30,879 nucleotides of DNA from an uncultured Acidobacteriota bacterium (GTDB taxonomy: Bacteria; Acidobacteriota; UBA6911; RPQK01; JAPXNP01): contig CAVZRV010000003.1 of NCBI GenBank assembly GCA_963777605.1, positions 1-30,879 of the forward strand. The letters are read 5' to 3'. Positions 11,260 to 22,900 of this stretch are shown piece after piece. Numbering within the stretch: the first letter of the stretch is position 1; each line of letters opens with the position of its first letter. Position numbers and translations under genes: made by a program. Below the pieces are notes generated by a model, which did not search any database, was not told the DNA's origin, and saw only the letters and a list, made by a program, of their open reading frames with translations.

Positions 11260-13437
11260 CAGTCTCCTCAGTCACACGAAGGTTGCGCGGGCTCGCCGGA
11301 GCCGCGCCGTCGCTCAACTCGAAGTCGAGGTAGTTAATGTCGTAGCCGCCGATCTCGAACTTCAACGTCAAATCATGTTGACCCTTCGAAAGCGAGACTC
11401 CTTCGACCGTAATGTCGGTGAACTGCTCCCAGCCTCCCGTAAAGACCGGATTCAAGGTGGCTGTCGATTTCCCGTCGATCATGACGGTTACCTTCTTGGA
11501 GCTGGTGTTGTTGAGCGAAGCGACTCTTGCCGTAATATCGTACGTGCCGGCGGTCTGGGCGTCGATCACAAAACGTGCTTCGGCGCCGGGAGTGATCCCT
11601 CCGATCTTCAGTCCTCCGCCATTGTCTCCGGTCACGGTGACCTGAAAACTTCCCGCGGAACCGGATACTGTTCGACCTCCAGCCTGCCGGGAAGCGGGAT
11701 TCGGTCGGGAACGATCCGCGATATCCCAGACGGGTAGACTGTCGGAGGAACGGGAAAGGCGGGGCTCCAACGCTCGTGAATGCCAGGTCGCCGGTTTGGG
11801 GCGTGCCGGCACCAGGAGAAAACGAGACGCGGACCGTACAGCTCTGGGATGCGCCGAGGGAAAACGCAAAACCCGGACAGGTCCCCGTCGCTACCGAGAA
11901 TGCAGTTCCGCTCCCGAAGCAAAGGAGTCTCCGGTGACCGTAATGGAGGCATTTCCAATGTTCTTCAGGACCACTTCCGATTGCGGGCGCGGTGCCTTCA
12001 ACAACGCCAAACGGCAGGTAGACGGGAGAAACGGCCAGGGAACCCTTATTCGGTCGGAGTGATTTGCCCCGCCTGCTCGGGGATAATGCCCGAGATGGGT
12101 TGGTCACCGAAACGCCGATCTCAGCTCGAATGCGGTCTTCCATCGGCCACGGCCACAGCGACTGGGCGTCCAGCCCCGTCCGAGCCGTCCTTGAGAACGC
12201 CTTCAACGTATCGGTGCCTCAGGCGGGCCCCTTCGCCCGTCAAGGAAGGGCTGGAACGGTCCCACTGATCCTTGATCACCTCGATGTGGCTTGCCGTCAC
12301 CGAATCCAGTTGGGCCAGGTCGGCCGGCCGGGCGTCGGCAACGTTATAGGCGTGGCCATTGTCGGTGAAAGTCGCCCGGTTAATACGGTTGTTGGTGGCG
12401 GTTTCGCCGAGTCTGCCGAGCGAATATTGACTTCCATTCCCAGTCCGGCATTGCGGGTGGCCAAAACGTCCTGGAGCAGGTTGTCCCTGAATTCACCGCT
12501 GGCCCGTATCGTGAATCCGTTTCTTGAAGGCCACCCCGGATTGGACACAAAACTCGCCGGGCGGCACTGGATGGCTGGGGGCGGATCGATCCCCAGTTGA
12601 AGAGGTTCCCCAGTTGATCGGTCCCGCCGCTGATCGAAATCGACCCCAGGATCTGGTTCCCTTCGACCAGGGTGTTCTGACTCAGGAGTCCGATCGAATC
12701 GAAATGACCGACCGAGATCACGTTCTCAAAGCTGTTGAAAGAGCCGTTGTATACCTCGACTCCGTCTCCCCATGGCCAGTGGTCGTGCCAATTTCTCCCG
12801 TCCCACCTCCGCCAGAATGCAAAGCAGCGCCGGTAAGTGTTGTCGTGCCCGTGGAAGATCTCGAACATCTTTCGGCCGCTTCCGGAGGCGACGGCGTCTT
12901 CGACCAGGTTGTAATTGCCGATGATGCCGATCACGTGACTGTTTCCATTGGTGTTGGCGTTGTAGCCGGAAATCCGTCGGAAAACGTTGTGATTCCCGAG
13001 ATCTGCCAGACCCAATCGTTGCTGTTGGCGGCGACGATTCCCTCGACAACGTAGTAGTCGCCGACCGGGTTTTCACCCTGCTCACCTTCCCAGGTGTCGC
13101 CGATTTTGACCGGGAGAAGATCCCCGGTTCCGTCTCCATTGAGGTCACCGTCGATGAGGACGGCGCCGTCATTTTCGGCTCGGATCGTTATCGGGTTTCC
13201 GGGGCGGCCGTTGCGGCGCTTGGGGTTGAGGGACTGCCGGTAGACGCCATCCAGGAGCACGAGAACGTCTCCCGGGTAGAGCGATTGCCATGCGCGGTTG
13301 AAACTTCCCCAGGGTTGAGAGCGGGTTCCGGGATCGGAGTCCCGCCCGTTCGGCGACATGTAGTAGGTAGCGCCTCGCGATATGGTTGCCGAGAAGCAGA
13401 GAACAATCAGGAACAAATGAAAAAAATGTTTATTCAT
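11259..13437 (-). CDS. Secreted right-handed beta-helix (pectate-lyase-like) protein with Ig-like (choice-of-anchor D/ASH-like) and CBM6-like domains (frameshifted)
   Basis: Signal peptide MNKHFFHLFLIVLCFSATISRGA, TYYMSPNGRDSDPGT..QPW and PGDVLVLLDGVY...GNPITIRAENDG, then N/G-rich beta-helix repeats. SLGASQSCTVRVSFSP is Ig-like. AGTYDITARVAS...TGGWEQF...GQHDLTLKF...DINYLDF is CBM6-like. Ends PASPRNLRV. The stop is inferred at 11259-11261 with one indel; the uncorrected frame ends at 11189. Confidence 0.72.
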
Positions 13438-13605
13438 TGGGCTTTACCTAAGAGTTGCCCCTCTGGTGAGATCAGCCACGATGGTAGCACACCGTTTTTG
13501 ACGAGAGAGTGACCAACAGCACAGCCGGATCGAGGTGGGGGATATCCCCAGTTCCGGCCTCAAGATACAGGGCAGCCGGCGAAAGACCTGCCGGAGGACA
13601 AGATC

Positions 13606-14583
13606 ATGATCATTACTCAGACGCCGTTACGGGTCAGTTTTTTTGGGGGAGGGACCGACTTTAGAGGGTTCTTTCGCCAGGAGGTAGGCTGTGTACTGTC
13701 GAGTGCAATCGACCGGTACATCTTCGTAATTGTCAAGGAGCGGTTCGACGACAAGATCCGCGTTGGATACACCAAGACTGAAATGGTGGACGACATCGAC
13801 GAGCTCGAGCACGAACTTGTCCGGGAATGCCTTCGCAAGACCGGGATAAGGAAGCGGATCGAAGTTTCTACAATGGGGGACATACCGTCCGCCGGGTCGG
13901 GAATGGGTTCCTCCAGCACCGTCACGGTCGGGCTACTGAACGCGATGTACGTCCATCAGGGAGTTGCCAAAGACTCGGCGACCTTGGCCAGGGAAGCCTG
14001 CGAAATCGAGATCGACATCCTCAAGAAGCCGATCGGAGAGCAGGATCAGTACATAGCGGCTTTTGGGGGACAGCGATTCATAGAGTTTGGGCGCAGCGGC
14101 GACGTCGGGGTCTCAACAGTCATCCTGGATGATGCCATCCGACGCCGGCTCAACGAGAACCTGATGCTCTTCTTCACCAACACGACCCGTCGCTCCGAGA
14201 CGGTCCTCTATGAGCAGGTGAGCCGGATGAACGGCCAGCTTCCGCTGCTGCGTGAACTAAAACGGCTGGCCGGAGTGGCTCGGGAGACTCTTCTAGCGGG
14301 AGAGTTGGACGAATTCGGACTTCTTCTCGACACCAGCTGGAAGATTAAGAAGCAGTTGGCGAGTCGTGTCTCCAACGGAGAAATCGACGGCATGTACGAG
14401 GCGGCCCGGAGCGCCGGGGCGCTCGGTGGTAAGATTGCCGGAGCAGGTGGTGGTGGTTTTCTTCTTCTCTACTGTCCCCGCAATCGACAGGATGACGTCC
14501 GGTCGGCGCTTCACGCTCTTCCAGAAATGCCATTCCATCTCGAACGCGACGGCACCAAGGTGATTTTCAACTACCGCCGCTGA
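13606..14583 (+). CDS. hddA: GHMP sugar kinase, D-glycero-alpha-D-manno-heptose-7-phosphate kinase-like
   Basis: Intact ORF with [26 protein letters not shown] (GHMP P-loop), IGEQDQY and [25 protein letters not shown] upstream. Confidence 0.85.
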   Translation: MIITQTPLRVSFFGGGTDFRGFFRQEVGCVLSSAIDRYIFVIVKERFDDKIRVGYTKTEMVDDIDELEHELVRECLRKTGIRKRIEVSTMGDIPSAGSGMGSSSTVTVGLLNAMYVHQGVAKDSATLAREACEIEIDILKKPIGEQDQYIAAFGGQRFIEFGRSGDVGVSTVILDDAIRRRLNENLMLFFTNTTRRSETVLYEQVSRMNGQLPLLRELKRLAGVARETLLAGELDEFGLLLDTSWKIKKQLASRVSNGEIDGMYEAARSAGALGGKIAGAGGGGFLLLYCPRNRQDDVRSALHALPEMPFHLERDGTKVIFNYRR

Positions 14584-14657
14584 ATGCCATTCGGGTCGGC
14601 AGTGCGCAATGGACATCCCCGGCGGGGTTTTCAACAACGAATGCAGGGAGTACTCCA

Positions 14658-15737
14658 GTGAATAACCGCAAAATGGCCCTTCATTTTCTGGTCCTGTGCG
14701 GGACCTTTCTCGTCTCAAATGTCCTGGTTCGCTCACAGGGCAGTGACTACATGGGCTATCCCTACAACTACGACAGCATGAAGGGGCGAGTCGCCGATGA
14801 TCGTCAACTCCAGTTCCTTCGCCTCCCGGGCACGTCGGAGGACTACAAAATCGGTCCTGGAGATGTGTTGGAGATCCACATCGTGGGGCTCAAAGACCTG
14901 TCACAAACGTTGAAGGTGAGCAATTCGGGCAGTGTCTCCCTTCCGTACCTGGGGACGCTCGAGGTTTCTGAAAAGACGGCCGTCCAACTGGAAGACGAGA
15001 TCTCGACGCGGCTTGCCGAGGAGAACCTGATCAAGAACCCGGAGGTGCTCGTGTACATTAGCGAGTACCGTGCCAAGCCGATTTACATCCTGGGGCAGGT
15101 CGATCGTCCGGGCCAGTACATCATGTCTCAGCAACTGACCCTGATGGACGCGATCCTGCTTGCGGGCGGGCTCGATTTCACAGCGGGCCGTTATGGCTAT
15201 CTCCATCGCCTGATCACGGAGTCCGACAATTCCGACAACGTCGCTCCTGCCGTGATCAGCGGCGACGGTTCTATTGGATCTCCACAGACTGTCGTTACCC
15301 GGATCGACCTGCAGCCGGCCAAAGAAGGCGGCGTGATTTCTCCCAATCCCGCGATGCGCCGGGGGGACACTTTCTTCATCCCAGAACGGAAGATTGAAAC
15401 CTTTTTTGTGGTCGGCGACGTGCACAGCGCCGGGGCTTTCGAAGTGCCTCCGGAAAACGAGCTCAAGGTATCCCAGGCCATTTCCCAGGCCGGAGGACCG
15501 ACCAAGACCGCGAAGCTGGGCGACGGCCTGCTGGTCCGTTACGACAAGACGGGTTCCCGGAAGGAGATGGCGGTGGACTTCGGCGCGATTTTGAGGGGCG
15601 ATCAGCCCGACATTCTGGTCCAGGCCAACGACGTTATCTTCATTCCTGGCAGTAACGCCAAGACGGTGGGGTTCGGGCTGCTGAACATTGTTCCGGGAAT
15701 CGTTCAGAGCGCAATTATCTACGGGCCGATTCGATGA
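14658..15737 (+). CDS. Polysaccharide biosynthesis/export protein (Wza/OPX family, SLBB repeats)
   Basis: Signal peptide, DYKIGPGDVLEIHI, GSVSLPYLG, IYILGQVDRPGQY, TLMDAILLAGG, FFVVGDVHSAGAF and VQANDVIFIP. Confidence 0.9.
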   Translation: MNNRKMALHFLVLCGTFLVSNVLVRSQGSDYMGYPYNYDSMKGRVADDRQLQFLRLPGTSEDYKIGPGDVLEIHIVGLKDLSQTLKVSNSGSVSLPYLGTLEVSEKTAVQLEDEISTRLAEENLIKNPEVLVYISEYRAKPIYILGQVDRPGQYIMSQQLTLMDAILLAGGLDFTAGRYGYLHRLITESDNSDNVAPAVISGDGSIGSPQTVVTRIDLQPAKEGGVISPNPAMRRGDTFFIPERKIETFFVVGDVHSAGAFEVPPENELKVSQAISQAGGPTKTAKLGDGLLVRYDKTGSRKEMAVDFGAILRGDQPDILVQANDVIFIPGSNAKTVGFGLLNIVPGIVQSAIIYGPIR

Positions 15738-16776
15738 AGCGGAGCGACTTCGCCATGAAAATACACTGGAAATCATTCGTCTTAATTCTGGCCGTCCTGT
15801 CGGCTTTGTGGGGCGTGCCGCAGGCTCAGGCAGGGGACGGGCCCAAGGACACGAAGAAACCGGTCGCACAGGATACCTCTCCCGATTACCGGTTGGGACC
15901 GGGTGATCTTCTCTCGATCCAGGTGTTCGGCCTGGACGACCTGAACCAGGAAACTCGCATCAGCAACTCGGGCAAGATCCACGTGCCGTACCTCGGATTA
16001 CTTTCCGTCGGCGGCCTCAGTGCTGCGGAGCTGGAGACCGGGATTGCACGCCGGCTCGAGGAGAAGCAGTTGATTCGCGATCCAAAGGTACACGTCTTTG
16101 TGACGGAGTATCGAGGGCAGCCTGTTTACTGCCTCGGGGAAGTGATGATGCCCGGTCAGTTCATCATCATGGACAAGCAGATGCACCTGATGGACCTGCT
16201 CACGATGGCCGGCGGCGCTAACGAGGTGGCCAGTTCAACCGCCTACCTCTACCGTCGGGGGGCGTCAGCATTGTCTGCAAAGGGTGAAGTGACGGCAGAG
16301 GAGACGCCGAAAATGGCCGGCGGAGACTCCGTTCAAGAGTCCCCCGACTACCAGGTGATCCCGGTTGATATCGACGCCCTTCGGGAGGGGAGCCAGATCG
16401 CGCTTAACGTTTCGCTCAAGGGTGGCGACGTGTTCTATGTGCCCGAGCGAAAGCGGAATTTCTTTTACGTGGTTGGCGATGTCGGGCATCCCGGCGCCTA
16501 CGAGATTCCCCAGGGAGAGCAACTGCTGGCCACCCAGGCCCTCTCGTCCGCCGGAGGGCTACCCGGACGGCAAAGATGAGTGACGGGATCCTGGTGCGGG
16601 AAGGCGAGTCCGGCAGCCGCCAGGAACTCAAGCTCGACTTCGCCGCGATCCTCAAAGGGAAATCCCCGGACTACCCGGTTCGACCGGACGACGTCATCTT
16701 CGTCCCGGGAAGCGCCGCCAAGACCATTGGCTACGGCCTGCTCGAATTATCCCCGGGCTTGCGCATGGAGCGGTGA
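15734..16776 (+). CDS. Second polysaccharide biosynthesis/export protein (Wza/OPX family paralog)
   Basis: Signal peptide ending QAQA, DYRLGPGDLLSIQV, GKIHVPYLG, VYCLGEVMMPGQF, FYVVGDVGHPGAY and VRPDDVIFVP. Frameshift near 16570. Confidence 0.88.
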
Positions 16777-16933
16777 TTTACGGCCCCCAGAGGCATTGAT
16801 TGGGATCGATCTCCGGCACTCCTGTCGGTGGAGCGTTCCATTTGTGGAAGCAGCACCATCCGGGTGTGTGCCGACAGCGGTCCCGTGGAGATTGATTGCT
16901 GCTTCACTCCTTTGATTCCGGCGACGGGGGGGA

Positions 16934-19900
16934 ATGTTTAATCGGATGACTACTGAGTACCCAAGGGACGGTCGTCTCGGCGCCCGTTCGAAGAACAGGC
17001 AGGGCGAACTCCCGACGCCGTTGCCGTGGTTTTTGAGAACTGTCGCCTTACCTACCGGGAACTGAATGACCGGTCGAACCGGGTAGCTCACCACCTGAGG
17101 CGGCTGGGGGTTGGGCGCGACCTGCTTGTCGGGGTTTGCCTGGAACGTTCGCTGGATCTGATCGTTGGGTTGCTGGGAGTTGTAAAGGCGGGAGGGCGCT
17201 TACCTCCCTCTCGACCCCGAATACCCGGGGCAGCGGCTCGAGTGGATGGTCCGGGACGGAGGTTCAAGTGGATCCTGACTCGACAGTCTGAGGCGGGAAC
17301 AGTTGCCGGCCTGGGGGCCGAGTTGGTGCTGATCGATGACTTGGAGTAGTTCTCGAAAGATACCGGCAATCCCAAGCCGGTCAATCAGGCTACCGACCTG
17401 GCTTATGTGATGTACACCTCGGGGTCAACCGGGGAGCCCAAGGGGGTGAATGTCGTCCACAGAGGGGTAGTCCGACTTGTTAAGGGCCCAAACTACGCCA
17501 GTTTCGAGACCGACGACGTCTTCCTGCAGCTGGCGCCGGCCGGATTTGACGCCTCCACGCTGGAGATCTGGGGATGCCTTCTGAACGGAGGACGCCTGGT
17601 GGTCATGAAGCCGGGGCAGCCGACACTGAGAGAACTGGGTGAGGCAATCCGGTCCGCGGGCGTCACCACTCTCTGGCTGACGGCGAGCTTGTTTCACCTG
17701 ATGGTCGAGGAGGAGTTGGAGAGCCTCGCCGTTGTCCGGCAGTTGTTGGCCGGGGGGGACGTCTTGTCTCCCACTCACGTCAGAATGGTGTTAAAGAAGT
17801 GCCCCGGAGTGACGGTCATTAACGGTTATGGGCCGACAGAGAACACGACGTTCACCTGCTGCCACCCGATGAAGTCGGTTGGGATCTTCGGGGAGGGGGC
17901 GGTCCCCATTGGGCAGCCGATTTCGAATACGTCGGTCTACCTCCTCGACGGGGCAGGCCAACCGGTGCCGGCGGGGGTTATCGGCGAACTCTATGCCGGC
18001 GGTGACGGGCTGGCCCGGGGCTACTGGGACCGGCCGGCCCTGACGGCGGATCGTTTTGTGCCGGATCCCTTCAGCGGGAACGGGTACCTGTACCGTACGG
18101 GCGACCTGGCTCGCCGCCGCGACGACGGGGTCATCGAGTTCCTGGGAAGGCGTGACCACCAGGTCAAGATCCGGGGCTACCGGGTCGAACTGGGAGAGAT
18201 CGAGGCTGCCCTGCGCTCTCTCGACGGAGTCAGAGACGCCGTCGTGGTTGCCCGTGACAATGGACCCGAACAGGAAAAGAGCTTGGTCGCATATGTTGTC
18301 GGGAACACTGAGCCCGATGGCAGTACCGCCGAAATCCGAAGTTTCTTGGAGGCGCGACTGCCGGCGTATATGGTCCCGACGATGATCCGTTCGTTGGAAT
18401 CTCTTCCGCTGACCGCGACCGGCAAAGTAGACCGGAACCTGCTCGCTCGCCAGCCGATTTCCGCGGCGCCTCCCACGCCCGGCGTAGCCGCCCCTCTGTC
18501 GGACATTGCTGCCGCGCTCGGGGACATCTGGGCAAGCGCTGCTTCGACCTCCCCCGGGTCAGCCCGAGCGACAACTTTCTCGAGTTGGGGGGGCACTCCT
18601 TGCTGGCCGTCCGGCTGATCGCCCGGATTGCTGACGCTTTTGGCGTGGATTTGCCGCTCCGGATGGTCTTCGAGAATCCGGCCCTGGCGGCCCAGGCCCA
18701 ATTGATCGAGAAGAACCTTCCTCATGCCCGGCCGCGGACCCGGCTGCTTCGGCACTTCGGGAGCCGGCAGGTGCCGGTTTCCTTCGGCCAGGAACAGCTC
18801 TGGTTTCTGGAGGAGCTGGGGGTGGAGGCGGGGACGTACAACGTGGTGAGCGGGGTACGCCTGAGGGGGGAATTGAAGGAGGAGGCGCTGGAGCGGGCAC
18901 TGGGGGAGATGGTGCGCCGGCACGAGGTGCTGCGGACGGTCTACCGGTGGGACGGGGAGCGGGTGGTGAAGGGAGTCCGGGAAGGGTTGAAGAACGAACA
19001 GAGCCGGGAGGACCTGAGGGAGCGGAGCCGGGAAGAGCGGGCAGGGCGGGTGCGGGGAGCGAGGCGTGGAAGCGGAGACGCGAGGCTACGACCTGGAACG
19101 GGACCCGATGTTGCGGGTGTGGCTGTTGCGGTTGGGCAAGGCGGAATGGGCGATGTGGGTGAGCCTGCATCACATTGCGACGGACGGCTGGTCGTTGGGG
19201 GTTTGGTGGGAGGAGCTGAGCGCGCTGTACGGGGCGTACTGCGAGGGCCGGGATTCGGAACTCGAAGAGCCGGAGGTGCAGTATGGAGATTACGCGATCT
19301 GGCAGCGGGAGCGGCTGACGGAATCGGAACTGGACGGGCAGCTGGAGTACTGGAAGGGGGAGCTGGCTGGGGTGCCGCTGCTGGAGTTGGCGACGGACCG
19401 GCGCAGGCCTGGGTGCAGAGCTACCGGGGCGGGCGATGTGAGTTTGAGCTGGGAGCGGAAGTGGCGAGCGGAGTGAGGGAGTTGAGCCGGGAGGAAGGGG
19501 CGACGGCGTACATGACGCTCCTGGCGGGGTTTGTGACGCTGTTGTACCGGTACACGGGGCAGGAGGATTTTGGGGTGGGGATGCCGGTGGCGAACCGGGA
19601 GCGGCCGGAAGTGGAAGGGCTGATCGGGTTTTTTGTGAACACGTTGGTGGTGCGGACAAAGCTGGGAGGAGAGGAAAGTTTTCGGGAGTTGGTGGGCGCG
19701 GTGAAGGAGAAGGTGCTGGCGGCGCAAGAGCAGAAGAGGTGCCGTTCGAGAAGGTGGTGGAGGTACTGAAGCCGGAGCGGGACCTGAGTCGGAGTCCGCT
19801 GTTCCAGGTGGTGTTTGCGCAGCAGGAGCGCGGGGATTGGGGGCTGTCAGGACTGGAAGGGGAGCGGCTGGAAGGAGAGGGGGAACGGGTCCGGTATGAG

Positions 19901-22900
19901 GTGGAGTTTCATGTATGGGAAGGAGAGGCGGGGATCCGGGGAGAGATTCTGTAAACCGGGACCTGTTTAAGGGAGAGACGGTAAAGGGGATGGCGGGACA
20001 CTACGGAAGGCTGGTGGAAGAGGCGGTGAAGGCCCCCGGGCTCCCCTCTCCCGGATTCCCCTGGCCAATCGGAACGACACCAGTTGCTGGCCGAGTGGAG
20101 CCCAGAACTCCCAGCTCGTTCCGAGGAGATCTGTATCAAGCAAGGCTTCGAGCAGCAGGTGGAACGAACCCCGGAAGCTGTTGCCGTTGTTTTCCGGGAT
20201 CGTCAACTGACCTACCGCGAGCTGAAGCCCGGGCGAACCGGCTGGCCCATCGTTTGCGAGCGCGCGGAGTGGGTCGAGGCGTCCTGGTCGGAGTCTGTCT
20301 GGAACGTTCACTCGAACTCGTCGAAGCGTTGCTGGAAGTCGTGAAAGCAGGGGGTGCTGATCTGCCCTCGATCTGAGAAATCCCCGCGAGCGTATCCAAT
20401 GGATGATGACTGATGCACTCGGACGCCAGGATTCGCGCATCGTCCTGGCGGACGAGGCATCGAAGCACCTGGTTGAAGCCGGGGGTTTCGAGGTGATCAT
20501 GATCGACGAGTTGTCGCCGGCGGACGAAATGGAGGTGACAACAAATCCGGTGTTGCCCGCGGGCGAGGGCGGGTCGGACCGGCTGGCTTACGTGATCTAC
20601 ACCTCGGGAATCACCGGGCATCCCAAAGGGGTCCTCGTGCCCGACCAAAACGTGATTCGGCTGCTCACGGCGACCGATCCGCTGTTCGGCTTCCGGAAGG
20701 CGCAGGAAATCAGCAGGAAGTCTGGACGCTGTTTCACAGCCCGGCCTTCGACTTCTCGGTCTGGGAATTTTGGGGTGCGCTCCTGCACGGCGACCGACTG
20801 GTCGTTGTCCCGCCGGAGACGGTGTTGTCGCCTCGCGATTTCTACAGCCTGCTGATTGACGAGAATGTGACGGTCCTGAACCAGACTCCGTCGGCTTTTC
20901 GGCAGTTAATCCGAGGACTCCGCCCGGTCCGCGCGGGAGCGGAGCTTCTGAACTGCGATATGTCATCTTCGGCGGTGAAATGCTCGACTTCACCCTACTG
21001 CGGGAGTGGACACGACACCATCCCCTCGGGAATCCGACTCTGGTGAACATGTACGGAATCACCGAGACGACCGTTCACGTCACGCACCACGAGGTCTCGC
21101 CGGAGGAACTTGACCTGGGAATGAGCCTGATCGGTCGGCCTCTTCCAGGATGGGCTGTCTGCCTGCTCGATTCCCATCAGGAGCCCGTTCCCATTGGAGT
21201 CTTCGGGGAGATTTACGTTGGTGGCTTGGGGTTGGCCAGGGGCTACCTGGGGCGACCCGACCTGACCGGATTCCGCTTCGTTTCCAGTTCATTCGAGAGT
21301 GAACCGCTGAAACGTCTCTATCGGAGCGGAGACCAGGCCCGGTGGCGCCGAGATGGCACTCTTGAATTCGGTGGGCGGATCGACAGCCAGATCAAGGTCC
21401 GGGGATTCCGGATCGAGCCGGCCGAGGTCGAGGCGGCAATCCGGCTCCACCGTCCGTGGCTGACGTTGCCGTGATCGATCGCGTCGAGGTGGAGACGGGT
21501 GAGTCGAGAATGGTCGCATACCTGGTCACCCGTGCGGGCCAGGCTGTCACCCCAGATGGCATGCGAACTTTTCTCTCGACGCGTCTTCCCGATTACATGA
21601 TTCCAGCGGCGTTTGGGAATTGCAGGCCCTCCCCTCACCGTCAACGGGAAACTGGATCGATCGGCCTTACCCGACCGGGGTTTGAGCGCCCGCAGCTGGC
21701 AACCCGCTACGCTGAGCCGCGGGATGTACTCGAGCGCACCGTTGCCAGGACATGGGAAGAAGTCCTGGGCCTCGAGCGGGTCGGCCTCTACGACAACTTC
21801 TTCGATTTGGGGGCCACTCCCTGAAGGCGGTACAGTTGGCGACTCGCCTCTCCGAGGCGACGGGCGTTTCAGTACCGGTCCGAAAGTTATTTGAGTCCCA
21901 GACAGTTTTCGCCCTGGCGGCCGCTCGGCCGAGCCCGAAGCCGTCACCCTGCCGTCGGTTGATCAGGGGATCCGTCAACGGTCGACTCAAGGTGCCCTTC
22001 CCCTTTCCTTTGGCCAGGAACGACTCTGGTTTCTGGAGGAGCTGGGGGTGGAGGCGGGGACGTACAACGTGGTGAGCGGGGTGCGCTTGAGGGGGGAATT
22101 GAAGGAGGAGGCGCTGGAGCGGGCACTGGGGGAGATGGTGCGCCGGCACGAGGTGCTGCGGACGGTCTACCGGTGGGACGGGGAGCGGGTGGTGCAGGAA
22201 GTCCGGGAAGGGTCGAAGTACGAACTGAGCCGGGAGGACCTGAGGGAGCGGAGCCGGGAAAAGCGGGCAGGGCGGGTGCGGGAGCGAGGCGTGGAAGCGG
22301 AGACGCGAGGCTACGACCTGGAACGGGACCCGATGTTGCGGGTGTGGCTGTTGCGGTTGGGCAAGGCGGAATGGGCGATGTGGGTGAGCCTGCATCACAT
22401 TGCGACGGACGGCTGGTCGTTGGGGGTTTGGTGGGAGGAGCTGAGCGCGCTGTACGGGGCGTACTGCGAGGGCCGGGATTCGGAACTCGAAGAGCCGGAG
22501 GTGCAGTATGGAGATTACGCGATCTGGCAGCGGGAGCGGCTGACGGAATCGGAACTGGACGGGCAGCTGGAGTACTGGAAGGGGGAGCTGGCTGGGGTGC
22601 CGCTGCTGGAGTTGGCGACGGACCGGCGCAGGCCTGCGGTGCAGAGCTACCGGGGCGGGCGATGTGAGTTTGAGCTGGGAGCGGAAGTGGCGAGCGGAGT
22701 GAGGGAGTTGAGCCGGGAGGAAGGGGCGACGGCGTACATGACGCTCCTGGCGGGGTTTGTGACGCTGTTGTACCGGTACACGGGGCAGGAGGATTTTGGG
22801 GTGGGGATGCCGGTGGCGAACCGGGAGCGGCCGGAAGTGGAAGGGCTGATCGGGTTTTTTGTGAACACGTTGGTGGTGCGGACAAAGCTGGGAGGAGAGG

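Noticed and set aside
14613-14632. Short hairpin CCCCGGCGGGG followed by T-run after hddA
   Set aside because: Stem too short to call a terminator, and it lies in a 74-bp gap within a probable operon.
20598-20630. A2 P-loop reads [11 protein letters not shown] instead of SG(S/T)TG
   Set aside because: ATC versus ACC is one base in an error-rich region, and the other A2 motifs are intact.
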